A stretch of 64,000 nucleotides of DNA from Anaerolineae bacterium (lineage in GTDB: Bacteria > Chloroflexota > Anaerolineae > JAADDB01), in contig WFWT01000112.1 of assembly GCA_015490995.1 (NCBI GenBank), positions 34,272-98,271 of the forward strand, read 5' to 3'. A program made the position numbers and the translations under genes. The notes beneath the pieces are model-generated. The model saw nothing but the letters and a program-made list of their open reading frames with translations. It did no database searches and had not been told where the DNA came from. Positions 1 to 9,935 of this stretch are shown here, one piece after another. The stretch's first letter is position 1; each line of letters starts with the position of its first letter.

Positions 1-531
1 TCGGCGGACGAACAGTACATTGAGGCGCTCATTCAGGGGGGATATATTCGAGCGGAGAGTAAACGCGTGTACGCTTTAGGAACACTGGCTCTCGTCACGT
101 CCACCCGTCATACGCCCCCTATAACCGGCATGAGCGACTTGATTCGACCGGAAATTCGCCGGGTGGCCATCGCCAATCCCCAACATGCACCCTACGGCCG
201 GGCCGCTGTGGAGGCACTTCAGCGGACCGGGGTGTGGGAGAGCATAACGCACAAACTGGTCATCGGTGAGAACGTGCGTCAGGCGCTACAATTTGTGCAA
301 ACCGGCAACGCGGACGCGGGCATTGTCGCCCGCAGCCTGCTACCGGTTTCAGGCATTCACGTGCAGCCTGTCCCCACGGCCTGGCACTCTCCCATTGTGC
401 AAACCGCAGGCATCCTTCGCCGCTCTTCTCGCTTAGCAGAAGCCCGCCAATTTTTAGACTTTCTCCTAAGCCCAACGGGACAACGTATTCTCCAAGAGCA
501 CGGATTCACATCGCCGGAGGCCGTCCCGTGA
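1..531 (+). CDS. modA: Molybdate/tungstate ABC transporter substrate-binding protein (5' truncated by window edge)
   Basis: Frame is open from base 1 ([10 protein letters not shown]...). Motifs [36 protein letters not shown] and HSPIVQ. Directly upstream of modB/modC. Confidence 0.92.
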   Translation, partial: SADEQYIEALIQGGYIRAESKRVYALGTLALVTSTRHTPPITGMSDLIRPEIRRVAIANPQHAPYGRAAVEALQRTGVWESITHKLVIGENVRQALQFVQTGNADAGIVARSLLPVSGIHVQPVPTAWHSPIVQTAGILRRSSRLAEARQFLDFLLSPTGQRILQEHGFTSPEAVP

Positions 532-1196
532 CTTTGGCGCCGTTGTGGCTCTCGCTACAGGTCTCCACCGTAGCTACCGGGCTGACCCTGCTGGTAGGCT
601 TACCTCTAGCCTACTTGCTCGCTCGACGCCATCATCCGCTTATGAACATGTTAGACGCGATCAGTAACCTGCCCTTAGTGCTCCCTCCCACCGTGTTAGG
701 CTACTACTTGCTGGTGGCCTTCGGTCAAAGTTCTCCCTTGGGGCGGTGGTTGGACCAGCTAGGTATTCCTCTGGTGTTTACTTGGCGAGGTGCTGTCCTC
801 GCAGCTTGGACGGTGGCCATGCCTTTATTTTTGCAGGCAGCCGGTGCGGCCTTTGCCACCGTGGATCGGGAGTTAGAAGATGTTGCCCGCACGCTGGGAG
901 AGTCAGAGTGGGGTATTTTCTGGCGTGTCACATTACCACTGGCAGCACGAGGTATCCTCGGCGGCACATTGCTTGCTTTCGCCCGTTCCCTAGGCGATTT
1001 CGGCACTACGTTAATGGTCGCTGGTAACATCCCCGGCCGCACCCAGACCATGGCTATAGCGATTTACGATGCAGTACAGGCCGGTGATCAAGCGCGGGCG
1101 AACCTGTTGGTGGGCATTCTCACCATCACCGCGATAGCACTTCTCTTTGCCATCCGACAAATGAGCCACCGCTGGGCAGGAAGGAGCACTCGATGA
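528..1196 (+). CDS. modB: Molybdate ABC transporter permease
   Basis: [42 protein letters not shown]-like loop LEDVARTLG. 4 bp overlap with modA. Confidence 0.95.
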   Translation: MTLAPLWLSLQVSTVATGLTLLVGLPLAYLLARRHHPLMNMLDAISNLPLVLPPTVLGYYLLVAFGQSSPLGRWLDQLGIPLVFTWRGAVLAAWTVAMPLFLQAAGAAFATVDRELEDVARTLGESEWGIFWRVTLPLAARGILGGTLLAFARSLGDFGTTLMVAGNIPGRTQTMAIAIYDAVQAGDQARANLLVGILTITAIALLFAIRQMSHRWAGRSTR

Positions 1197-2311
1197 TAGA
1201 GGTGTGCCTGCGTCACCACCTTCCAGGATTTGTGCTGGATGTCGCCTTCCACACTACGGCGGGGGTCACAGTTCTTTTCGGTCCTTCAGGCGCAGGGAAA
1301 TCGCTCACCCTCCGCGCGATTGCCGGTCTATTCCGCCCCCATGCCGGCCGTGTGGTTGTCCAGGGCGACACATGGCTCGATACCCAACAGAATGTCTGGA
1401 TCCCTCCCCAACGCCGGAAGGTCGGTTATGTGCCTCAGCATTATGGCCTTTTCCCTCACCTAACGGTGCGAGAAAACATCGCGTTTGGCCTGCGACGCTG
1501 GCCATCACACCAACGAACCGCACGCGTCGAGGAACTCCTCACCGTAATGCACTTGCGTGAGCTGGCCAACCGTTATCCTCGCGAGCTTTCGGGGGGACAA
1601 CAACAGCGGGTCGCCCTTGCCCGTGCCCTTGCTCCCCGACCCCATGTGCTACTACTGGACGAGGCGCTTGGCGCCCTAGATCCTGTCCTCCGAGAGCAGT
1701 TACGAGAGGAAGTGCGCCAGATTCAACGCCGCTACGCCATCCCGGTCATCCTCATCACCCACGACGTTCACGAAATGGCTGCCATGGCCGACAAAGTGGT
1801 CGCCATGCATCATGGCCGGGTAATCCAGGTAGCTCCCCCGGAGGAAATCTTCCGGCGTCCGGCAACGCCGGCTTTAGCTCGAGCAGTAGGAATGCGCAAC
1901 CTCTTGACAGGGACAATCCGACATCACACAGAAGACATTACAGAAATCGTATGGGCCGGCGGCACCCTTAAGGTCCCTCGGGTCCCTTATCCTCCTCATA
2001 CACCCGTTCAATTCGGCATTCGCCCCGAGGATGTGGTCTTTGTACGAGAAGATCGTCCCCTAAAGGCAGCGCACAATGTGTTAACCACTGTTATCGTTGG
2101 AGTTCATCCTGCAGCCTTTGACTATATTATCACCTTACAACTGGTGAACAACGCTTCAGTACACCTGTACGCTCGACTACCTCACCCTCTGGTACACGAA
2201 CTTCACCTTCGTCCCGGCCAGCAACGGCGAATCCTTCTGCGCCGACGGGCCATTCACATTTTCCCACCTGTCGAAGAAGCGCGCTCCTCTAAAGAAGAGG
2301 GGGCTTCCTGA
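1193..2311 (+). CDS. modC: Molybdate ABC transporter ATP-binding protein
   Basis: Walker A GPSGAGKS, signature LSGGQQQR, Walker B LLLDE, C-terminal TOBE-like region. Confidence 0.92.
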   Translation: MIEVCLRHHLPGFVLDVAFHTTAGVTVLFGPSGAGKSLTLRAIAGLFRPHAGRVVVQGDTWLDTQQNVWIPPQRRKVGYVPQHYGLFPHLTVRENIAFGLRRWPSHQRTARVEELLTVMHLRELANRYPRELSGGQQQRVALARALAPRPHVLLLDEALGALDPVLREQLREEVRQIQRRYAIPVILITHDVHEMAAMADKVVAMHHGRVIQVAPPEEIFRRPATPALARAVGMRNLLTGTIRHHTEDITEIVWAGGTLKVPRVPYPPHTPVQFGIRPEDVVFVREDRPLKAAHNVLTTVIVGVHPAAFDYIITLQLVNNASVHLYARLPHPLVHELHLRPGQQRRILLRRRAIHIFPPVEEARSSKEEGAS

Positions 2312-4155
2312 GGCAAGCCAAGCTCGGCCAACTTATGCGGTGTGGGAATGCCGGTGGCTGGATCCCACCCTCGAGCTTCGTAATACTCCTTCAAAATGGA
2401 TTCCATATCGGGCAATACCCCTGCCGCGCTTCCGCTGGGGCGAGGCTCATGGGCTAACCGGTAGGGCAATCGATCGTCCTGAGCCCGCACACCCAACCGT
2501 ATGTTGATCATACGTTTAAGGTTAAAAATGCGCTCGCCGGTACGATACACATCCTCCGCAGTCCACGACCATCCCAAAGCCCGGTTGACCAGCTCCGCGA
2601 TCATATCCGGTCCAGCATGACCTTTGACGATAAAACGGCAAAGCCCTAGGGGATTGTACAAACCAAGATAATCCTGATACCGTTTGGCCATACGGCCCGC
2701 TTCCCTGCTGGCGAAACGATCCGCGTGTGGTTCGTAATAGAGTCCGGGTACCTGTACACCATATCCCTGCCAGTAGCCGCACGATTCCATATGGCATGCC
2801 CCCCGGTTAGCCGTCGCGTAGTTGGCTGCCATATCCACAAAAGCGCGAGGGTCATGATAGGGCACTTCTAACCCTTTGACATGCATGGCGAAGGGCTCGC
2901 TCGCCGGTCCTAGGCGTTCGCTCATCCGACGCACCCCTTCCGCCAGAAAATCACCAAATCCTTCCCGAAACGCTATCTTACGCACAAGCACAATGACGGT
3001 CTCCGGATCTCCCCAACGCAGGGTCAGGCCATCGGTATCTTGCTCTGTCAACAGCCCTCGCTCAAAGGCCTCCACCGCGAAGGCAATGGACGCGGATGTG
3101 GAAATCGTATCTAGCCCGTAATCGTTGCACAGAAAGTTGATATAAGCGATGCTCTCTAGATCGTTGTTCAGTAACATGCCGCCGAAGCCGGCGAGCGTCT
3201 CGTATTCAGGGCCATGACCGCGCACGCCCCGGTAAGGTCCTGTCTTGATCTCTACCGCTTTGCCGCAGCCAATAGGACAAGCAAAACAGAATGTATGTTT
3301 GACAAAAATCGTTTCCGCAATGCGCTGTCCGGAAATATCGTACGCTTGGGCCCAAGAGCCATCCCGCCAATTTCGCAGAGGGAGGTCACCATATTCTTCC
3401 GTAGCCGGCACGCCCCCTGCAGTCCCCAGCAAACTGAGTCCCTTGGCATATTCCTTGATCACGGCGTTATCGGCTTTCACAGCATTACGAAACCCCTTCA
3501 GATCCGCGTATTGTGGTCGCTCTTTGCCTCGTACAACAACGGCTTTCAGACGTTTACTCCCCATAACAGCCCCCATGCCGGTTCGACCAGCCATACGAGC
3601 GTGCTCAATACCGCCCTGAGCCACGGCAGCGTAACGCACCAGATGTTCGCCTGCCTGGCCAATACATGCTACCTGGGCCTTTGGGTCCGTCTCAGCTCGC
3701 AACACTTCAAACGTCTCGTAATGTCCTTTCCCCCATAGGTGATGCGCGGGCCGAATTTCTACCTGCCCCGATGTCCCATCGATCCACAGATAAACCGGCT
3801 CATCGGCCTCGCCGTCAATCACAATGCCGTCGTAACCGGCAAAACGTAGCTCTGCACCCCAATGCCCCCCCATGTTGGACTCCCCCCAAATGCCTGTCAG
3901 GGGTGAACGCGCACACCAAGAAGTACGACAGCCTGTAGGCGCGAAGGTGCCTGTCAACAAGCCGTTGAACACGTATAGGCTATTTTGAGGTGCAAGGGGA
4001 GGAAGGTCAGGATCCATTTCCTGCCAGTACAACCAGGCAGCGTATCCACTTCCCAGGGCGAATTGACGCACAACGTGCTCGTCAAGAGGCACGTCCTCCC
4101 AAGTACGGGTGGTCAAATTAACTCGAAGGTACTTGCCTGCGTATACCTTGACCAT
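2254..4155 (-). CDS. Aldehyde:ferredoxin oxidoreductase family (W/Mo-bis-pterin) protein
   Basis: SPLTGIWGESNMGG, AGRTGMGAVMGSKRLKAV, CFACPIGC, GPEYET, DYGLDTIS, RGACH. RBS aaggaggg. Confidence 0.93.
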   Translation of the reverse strand: MVKVYAGKYLRVNLTTRTWEDVPLDEHVVRQFALGSGYAAWLYWQEMDPDLPPLAPQNSLYVFNGLLTGTFAPTGCRTSWCARSPLTGIWGESNMGGHWGAELRFAGYDGIVIDGEADEPVYLWIDGTSGQVEIRPAHHLWGKGHYETFEVLRAETDPKAQVACIGQAGEHLVRYAAVAQGGIEHARMAGRTGMGAVMGSKRLKAVVVRGKERPQYADLKGFRNAVKADNAVIKEYAKGLSLLGTAGGVPATEEYGDLPLRNWRDGSWAQAYDISGQRIAETIFVKHTFCFACPIGCGKAVEIKTGPYRGVRGHGPEYETLAGFGGMLLNNDLESIAYINFLCNDYGLDTISTSASIAFAVEAFERGLLTEQDTDGLTLRWGDPETVIVLVRKIAFREGFGDFLAEGVRRMSERLGPASEPFAMHVKGLEVPYHDPRAFVDMAANYATANRGACHMESCGYWQGYGVQVPGLYYEPHADRFASREAGRMAKRYQDYLGLYNPLGLCRFIVKGHAGPDMIAELVNRALGWSWTAEDVYRTGERIFNLKRMINIRLGVRAQDDRLPYRLAHEPRPSGSAAGVLPDMESILKEYYEARGWDPATGIPTPHKLAELGLPQEAPSSLEERASSTGGKM

Positions 4156-4326
4156 GGGTGACCCTCCTTAGTTGCCTACATCACATGAGGGGAGTGAGGG
4201 GAGCACAACGACCAAGAGCCCCGTATCACCACCTTTCAACGGGACTATACTCATGATACTTCAAAAGGAAAGGACCGCTCAACTTTAAAGTTCCTTCCTG
4301 GAACAATCCCTATGGCATATCCATGT

Positions 4327-5847
4327 TCATGGCTCGTACAGCAAATCCAGATAACGTCGGAGCAAGTCATCTACCATGCTGCGGAAAGGAAGGGATGCTG
4401 CCATCCCATATACCGGGGCCATTCCTCCTTCAGATGCCGGCAGTTTTCGGGCGTCCCTGACCGCGGCCTCCAAATCGGTCAGAAATCGCTCCGCTACTCC
4501 AGGCACGGTGTGCCGAAGGGTCACAGCGATGTGCACCGCGGGGGGAAACTGTAACCCCGTCAGGCGCCATCCCCGACGTTCCATTCCGCCCATTACACGG
4601 TAGATGTTGACCTCATCAGAGGTAAACGCGATGATCCACAGAGGATCGCCCAGAACACGTAACTCCGGGATCGCGCAAATGCCTTCACGAAGGAAGTCAG
4701 CGGTCTCCAGAATGCGCCGCGTGGCCTCGAGGTATCCTCGTTCACCCATGGATATCATGACCGCCCAACAGATAGCCAGCAACGCGCCGGGGCGGCTACC
4801 AGCCACGGTCGGAGCCGCGTACAACCCTCCAGGCCAGTCGGTAGCAGTAAAGTATTGATAACTCCGCCAGTCCGGAGATCGGTACAGAACAACCGATGTG
4901 CCCTTGGCCGCGTACCCATACTTGTGCGTGTCTACCGAGATAGACGTCACACCGGGTAACCGAAAATCATAGGGAGGCACCGGATAGCCTAACTTCTCCG
5001 CCCAGGGCAACACGAATCCCCCCAAGCACGCGTCTACGTGAAAACCGATGCCCTGTTCCATAGCTAAAGTGGACAACTCGGCAATGGGGTCCACCACCCC
5101 GTGGGGAAAAGTAGGTGCAGAGCCTACCAAAACAACGGTGTTCTTCGTGATGGCCCGCGCCGCTGCGTCCACATCTGCCCGATAATCATCCCTCACCGGA
5201 TACCGCACCGTTCGCATACCCAGATAATGCGCGGCTTTGTCGAACGCAGGATGCGCCGTCACGGGTAACACAATTTCAGGTTCAGTCACTCCCCGGGTAG
5301 CTCGTGCCCAATCCCGGTACACCTTCATGGCCAGCAAAATGCTCTCGGTACCCCCCGATGTGACTGTCCCACAGACACGCGCGTCCGGATCCATTGTCTG
5401 GGCTGCCTCCGCGCCCAACATCGCCGCGGTCATGGCCACAATTTCTGCCTCAAATTTGCTCACACTAGGCCACAGGTCCGCGTGCAAGGGATTAGTGTGG
5501 GAAGTCAGTGCGTACACCTGATGAATCAAACTTGCCAACTCATTCCCGCCGTGATAGACCGTTCCCGATACAAATCCTTGTTGCCAACGCCTCTCCTCCC
5601 GCCCCACCATTGCTTGGATCAAGTGCAGCAGGGTCATCCGATCCCAGCCAGTCTCGGGCAACCGGGTGAAAACCGGCATATCATGGTACGGTTTCAACGC
5701 CTGACGCAATTCCTCCAACAAGCGCGTGTACTCTCGCTCCATTTGCCGGCGGACAAAGGGCACACGTCGCAACCCGCGCTCTAGGGGCTGAGCCAGCCAC
5801 GGGGGAATAAAACGGCCAAGTTTCTCCACCCATTGCACCAAATCCAT
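4327..5847 (-). CDS. Sphingosine-1-phosphate lyase-like PLP-dependent enzyme (group II decarboxylase fold)
   Basis: [53 protein letters not shown] (PLP Lys). Start moved from 6015 to ATG 5847 (RBS aggagg) because a terminator and promoter lie inside the longer ORF. Confidence 0.88.
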   Translation of the reverse strand: MDLVQWVEKLGRFIPPWLAQPLERGLRRVPFVRRQMEREYTRLLEELRQALKPYHDMPVFTRLPETGWDRMTLLHLIQAMVGREERRWQQGFVSGTVYHGGNELASLIHQVYALTSHTNPLHADLWPSVSKFEAEIVAMTAAMLGAEAAQTMDPDARVCGTVTSGGTESILLAMKVYRDWARATRGVTEPEIVLPVTAHPAFDKAAHYLGMRTVRYPVRDDYRADVDAAARAITKNTVVLVGSAPTFPHGVVDPIAELSTLAMEQGIGFHVDACLGGFVLPWAEKLGYPVPPYDFRLPGVTSISVDTHKYGYAAKGTSVVLYRSPDWRSYQYFTATDWPGGLYAAPTVAGSRPGALLAICWAVMISMGERGYLEATRRILETADFLREGICAIPELRVLGDPLWIIAFTSDEVNIYRVMGGMERRGWRLTGLQFPPAVHIAVTLRHTVPGVAERFLTDLEAAVRDARKLPASEGGMAPVYGMAASLPFRSMVDDLLRRYLDLLYEP

Positions 5848-5916
5848 GAAGGCCTCCTCTCGGTCACTGAGGATACCGGATGCCTGAGCGTGAACCCGCG
5901 CGCCAGAGGTGTGGAG

Positions 5917-5945
5917 AATATACCTCAGCCGGGGCAAACCTTCAA
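5917..5945 (-). promoter_or_regulatory. Putative sigma70 promoter for the S1P-lyase gene
   Basis: TTGAAG-N17-TATATT on the minus strand, about 70 nt upstream of ATG 5847. Confidence 0.5.
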
Positions 5946-5984
5946 ATGGGTCCAAAGAAGCGGAATCACTCTGCAGCCCTTCAT

Positions 5985-6041
5985 AAAAAAAGCCGGGAAG
6001 TCCCACGCCCTGCACCCGATACGGGGCAGACTTCCCGGCTT
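5985..6041 (-). terminator. Rho-independent terminator downstream of the MBL/rhodanese gene
   Basis: 13 bp inverted repeat AAGCCGGGAAGTC (5990-6002) / GACTTCCCGGCTT (6029-6041), followed by a U-tract on the minus strand. Confidence 0.85.
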
Positions 6042-6081
6042 CAGTAATTCAGTAACGTGGAGAAGGGCAACCTTTAGACTG

Positions 6082-7539
6082 CTATCGTCCGGAAGTTTGC
6101 AGGCTTTCTACCTGCATCCCATCCCGCCGTAGGGGCAAACCCAGACGATTCCAGTATAAGATACCGCCCGCTAGGTTCTGCACGTTCTTAACCCCCAATG
6201 CCTGAAGCACAGCTGCCGCGATGGCAGAACGGTTGCCGGAACGGCAATACAACAGGATGGGTTTGTCCTGGGGAATGTCCTGCACCCGTTCGGGCAAATA
6301 TCCCAGCATGATGTGCTGGGCGTTGGGAAGATGGCCGGTCATGTGGACCTCTGCCGCACTGCGCACATCGATCACGGTGACCTCGCCGTTCAGAACCTGC
6401 TGGACAACCTCCTGCGGAAACACCGTGGGATATTGTTCCAGGGGATGCCCCGCTGCCTCCCATTCCTGAATCACCGTCGGTGCCGCGTAACCAACTACCC
6501 GGTCCAAGCCGATGCTAATTAACGCGCGCACCGCGTCGGTAACCATGGCAGGACTCACAATGAGGTATATATCCCGATCGTAAGGCAAGAACCAACCCGC
6601 CCAGGTCGTAAAGCCCTCATCCAGAGGGATATTAAGGGTGCCCGGAATATGACCTGCGCCAAAATCCTGGGTAGGACGGGTGTCCACCACCACCGCCCCG
6701 GCTTCCAACGCGGCTTTCAAGGCTGACAGAGAGACAGATGTGGGTTGAGGCAAACTGTGCAACACGGCTCTATCCTCCTTGTTCAAACGTTTCATCATGG
6801 CAAAATATCGTGGGGGTTCAGGTTGATCGGCCAACAACCAGCGCACAAAGGCTTCTTCGTCCTCGAATTGCAAGCCTGGGTTAGTCAACTTTTCGTAGCC
6901 GACGGTGGAAGAGGGCACAGCCCCGAGGCCTTTACCACAGGCGCTGCCCGCGCCGTGAGCAGGCCACACCTGAAGGAAATCGGGAAGCTCCTTAAAGCGT
7001 TGCAAAGACCGGAACATCTGCCGCGCGCCCGCTTCGGCCGTTCCAGAGATACCCGCAGCTTTCTCTAACAGGTCCGGCCGCCCTACCGAGCCCACGAACA
7101 CGAAATCCCCAGTGAAGATACCCATGGGCACATCACTGGCCGCCGTATCCGTAAGGAGCAAGGATATGTGCTCCGGTGTGTGCCCTGGAGTGTGCATAAC
7201 GGTAAATCGCAATCGCCCGATGGAAAAAGTATCCCCATCCTTCAACAAGGTGTGAGGGTACTTGGGAGCAAACGTGTACTTCCAGGCTTCATCCCCCTCA
7301 TCCGAGAGATACAAGTGAGCACCGACCCGTTCCGATAACTCCCTTGACCCCGAAAGAAAATCCGCGTGAATGTGTGTCTCCACCGCGGCCACGATGCGCA
7401 TCCCTTCCGCGCGTGCAGCATCCAAATACACGTCAACATCTCGGCCCGGATCGACCACAATTGCCTCGCCGGTCGCCTGACAACCGACCAGGTACGACGC
7501 GTGGGCCAACCTTCGGTCATAGAAATACCGTAACAACAT
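6082..7539 (-). CDS. MBL-fold persulfide dioxygenase fused to two rhodanese domains (CstB/Blh-like)
   Basis: ETHIHADF, HTPGHTPEH, TGDFVFVGSVGRPDL, HGAGSACGK, C-terminal rhodanese CRSGNRS. Start at ATG 7539 with RBS ggaggt. Confidence 0.88.
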   Translation of the reverse strand: MLLRYFYDRRLAHASYLVGCQATGEAIVVDPGRDVDVYLDAARAEGMRIVAAVETHIHADFLSGSRELSERVGAHLYLSDEGDEAWKYTFAPKYPHTLLKDGDTFSIGRLRFTVMHTPGHTPEHISLLLTDTAASDVPMGIFTGDFVFVGSVGRPDLLEKAAGISGTAEAGARQMFRSLQRFKELPDFLQVWPAHGAGSACGKGLGAVPSSTVGYEKLTNPGLQFEDEEAFVRWLLADQPEPPRYFAMMKRLNKEDRAVLHSLPQPTSVSLSALKAALEAGAVVVDTRPTQDFGAGHIPGTLNIPLDEGFTTWAGWFLPYDRDIYLIVSPAMVTDAVRALISIGLDRVVGYAAPTVIQEWEAAGHPLEQYPTVFPQEVVQQVLNGEVTVIDVRSAAEVHMTGHLPNAQHIMLGYLPERVQDIPQDKPILLYCRSGNRSAIAAAVLQALGVKNVQNLAGGILYWNRLGLPLRRDGMQVESLQTSGR

Positions 7540-7711
7540 GTTCGTCACCTCCCGCGCTAAGTGTCCCTTACTCCCTGCGTTACTCCCTCGCAGGCCCAGT
7601 CCCGGTCCCAAAAGCACGTTGCAAAAGGCACTGTATTGGATGCACTTTATCCGAAAAAGTTTCACCCATCGAGGGGAGAAGGCCCCCGTTTTTCCCTGTT
7701 ACTGCCATCAC

Positions 7712-7740
7712 TTGCCAAACATGGTAGGATGCGACACAAT
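7712..7740 (+). promoter_or_regulatory. Putative sigma70 promoter for lysW-lysX
   Basis: TTGCCA-N17-CACAAT. Confidence 0.4.
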
Positions 7741-7809
7741 CCCCACAGTACGGCACGGTGTTCCAAGCACCGGCCCCATCAACTTTCAAGCACAACAGGA
7801 GGTGGGACA

Positions 7810-7983
7810 ATGGCCACATTTACTGCCGAATGCCCGGAATGCGGGGCGGAGATCACCTTGCAGGACGCGGTCGAAGCGGAATTGGTCGTATGCCCGGAAT
7901 GTGGTGTGGAACTCGAGGTAGTCAGCCTGGATCCTCCACGCCTGGACGTGGCGCCAGAAGAAGAAGAGGACTGGGGAGAATGA
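7810..7983 (+). CDS. lysW: Amino-group carrier protein LysW
   Basis: 57 aa, two CPECG zinc knuckles, C-terminal EDWGE, RBS aggagg. Confidence 0.97.
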   Translation: MATFTAECPECGAEITLQDAVEAELVVCPECGVELEVVSLDPPRLDVAPEEEEDWGE

Positions 7984-8095
7984 GCGTCTCTTCAAGCCCA
8001 TGAGGCACGGGCAGCCCTCAGGGGCGTCCTCCCGACCGATAAGTCCGTGAACCACGAACAATCAATCTCTGCACAGAACCGGCGGAGGCTCACCC

Positions 8096-8995
8096 ATGTT
8101 GGTTGGCATTCTACATTCTTTGATTCGCAAAGACGAAAAAATGCTCATGGAAGCCCTGACCCAACGGGGAGTGGCATTCGAGCTGATAGACGACCGCAAG
8201 GTCGTCTTTGACCTCCAAGCTAATGGCTTTGAGCGTTTTGACGTGATCTTAGAACGGTGCATTAATCACAGTCGGGCGTTGTACGCTCTTCACATCCTCA
8301 ACGACTGGGGTATTCCCACGGTTAACACCGCGCAAGTGGCGGAAATATGCGGCAACAAGCTGCTCACCACCAGCGCGCTGGTGCGGCACGGCGTCCCTAC
8401 CCCACGGGTCAAGGTGGCCTTCACGCCGGAGAGTGCGCTGGAAGCTATAGAGGAAATGGGGTATCCGGTGGTTCTTAAACCGGCCATCGGCTCATGGGGC
8501 CGACTGTTAAGCAAGATCAACGACCGAGAAGCGGCTGAAGCTGTCCTAGAACACAAGAAAATCCTGGGCACGTACCATCATTCCATCTTCTACATCCAAG
8601 AGTACATCCACAAACCCGGCCGGGATATCCGGGCCTTTGTGGTCGGAGACGAAACCATTGCGGCGATTTATCGAACGTCCGACCACTGGATTACCAACAC
8701 TGCCCGGGGGGGACGGGCGAGCAATTGCCCGGTTACACCTGAACTCAACGACCTATGTCTGCGGGCTGCTCGTGCGGTGGGAGGAGGCGTGCTCGCCATC
8801 GATATCCTGGAAGACCCAGATCGCGGTTACCTGGTCAACGAGGTCAATTACACAATGGAATTCAAGAACAGCGTGGAACCCACCGGGGTGGACATTCCCG
8901 GCAAAATCGTGGACTTCGTCATTCGAGTCGCAAAAGAGGGTTGGGAGCGAGCCAACGGGTGGGAACCGACAACCGTCACCGCAGAAAGGGTGTAA
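8096..8995 (+). CDS. lysX: Alpha-aminoadipate--LysW ligase (RimK-type ATP-grasp)
   Basis: [42 protein letters not shown] (LysX-type), [12 protein letters not shown]. Follows lysW. Confidence 0.93.
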   Translation: MLVGILHSLIRKDEKMLMEALTQRGVAFELIDDRKVVFDLQANGFERFDVILERCINHSRALYALHILNDWGIPTVNTAQVAEICGNKLLTTSALVRHGVPTPRVKVAFTPESALEAIEEMGYPVVLKPAIGSWGRLLSKINDREAAEAVLEHKKILGTYHHSIFYIQEYIHKPGRDIRAFVVGDETIAAIYRTSDHWITNTARGGRASNCPVTPELNDLCLRAARAVGGGVLAIDILEDPDRGYLVNEVNYTMEFKNSVEPTGVDIPGKIVDFVIRVAKEGWERANGWEPTTVTAERV

Positions 8996-9009
8996 CCTGA
9001 ATCCTTGGC

Positions 9010-9792
9010 ATGCTGACCATGAGCACCCATCACCTTACGTTTGGCCCGGCAACATCTCGCCTCAAATGGCGAGGAACACCTTGGATAATACTCCTGTTTA
9101 TACTCGGTGGCCTGATCTTCCAGGCCCGTGGTGGACGTCCCCTTCTTCAGAAGGACGTTGCGCTTCCGACAAAGGAACCTCCCCATCGGGTGTGGATTAT
9201 CGGGGACAGTATCACGCGTGGGTTACACGCGTCCTCCGACGGAACCACATACCGCACTCGCATCTTTCTGGCTTTAGGGGAACGCTATCCCGCCCAAATT
9301 TACGCCACCTTCTGGCAAGGGGTGTGCACCCTCGGCCGATTAGAACAACGGTGGGGACAATGGCCCGGCCGTCCGGACGTGCTGTTCCTGGAACTGGGCA
9401 TTAACGATGTCTCGCGCAACCCCAACTGCCCTCAAATTCCGGAGGGACAATGGGCGGAACGCTATGGGGCTATGCTTGACCGTATCCGCAGGGACGCGCC
9501 GGGGGTCTTCATCGTGGTCGGCACGTTGCCTTGGCCGGGATGGAAACGGGGAACGTCACGTTACCAAAAAGCACTTCTGTACAATGAATGGATTCGGGAA
9601 GCAGCCCAGGCACGCGACATCCCGGTAGCTGACCTGTGGGAAGCCATGGAAGGCCGCACCGAACTCCTCTCCCGACCGGAAGAGGCCAGCGCGTTTCCCC
9701 CTGCATACCGAGGCGATGGTTTCCACCCGAACGATCAGGGGCATCGGGTCATTGCTGAAACGTTCCTGCAAGCGTACTGGTCCCAACCCTGA
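9010..9792 (+). CDS. SGNH/GDSL hydrolase with N-terminal membrane anchor
   Basis: IIGDSITRG, LELGINDV, DGFHPN. Hydrophobic segment WIILLFILGGLIF. Confidence 0.85.
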   Translation: MLTMSTHHLTFGPATSRLKWRGTPWIILLFILGGLIFQARGGRPLLQKDVALPTKEPPHRVWIIGDSITRGLHASSDGTTYRTRIFLALGERYPAQIYATFWQGVCTLGRLEQRWGQWPGRPDVLFLELGINDVSRNPNCPQIPEGQWAERYGAMLDRIRRDAPGVFIVVGTLPWPGWKRGTSRYQKALLYNEWIREAAQARDIPVADLWEAMEGRTELLSRPEEASAFPPAYRGDGFHPNDQGHRVIAETFLQAYWSQP

Positions 9793-9935
9793 GGTTCCCA
9801 TCGCCAACGCCTTGTGGAGAGCATGCACATTTGCCAACGGAAGGCGACCGCGAGTACAATTGAAGTCAGTCAAGTACGGGCGGTGCGCCCACAGGGGCCC
9901 GACACCGCAGCATAGCGCACCACCGGAAGCCGTTC

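Noticed and set aside
4156-4326. Moco/Wco riboswitch upstream of the AOR gene
   Set aside because: I could not identify the conserved multi-stem motif. Only promoter-like hexamers and weak hairpins are present.
5848-6015. 56 aa N-terminal extension of the S1P-lyase ORF in the ORF track
   Set aside because: It overlaps an intrinsic terminator and a promoter. A good RBS precedes ATG 5847.
7561-7809. 140 aa version of lysW and 42 aa extension of the MBL gene
   Set aside because: Both run through the divergent promoter region. Strong RBSs mark starts at 7810 and 7539.
8637-9404. 255 aa alternative-frame ORF
   Set aside because: It overlaps lysX and the SGNH gene, has no recognisable motifs, and is typical of GC-rich shadow ORFs.
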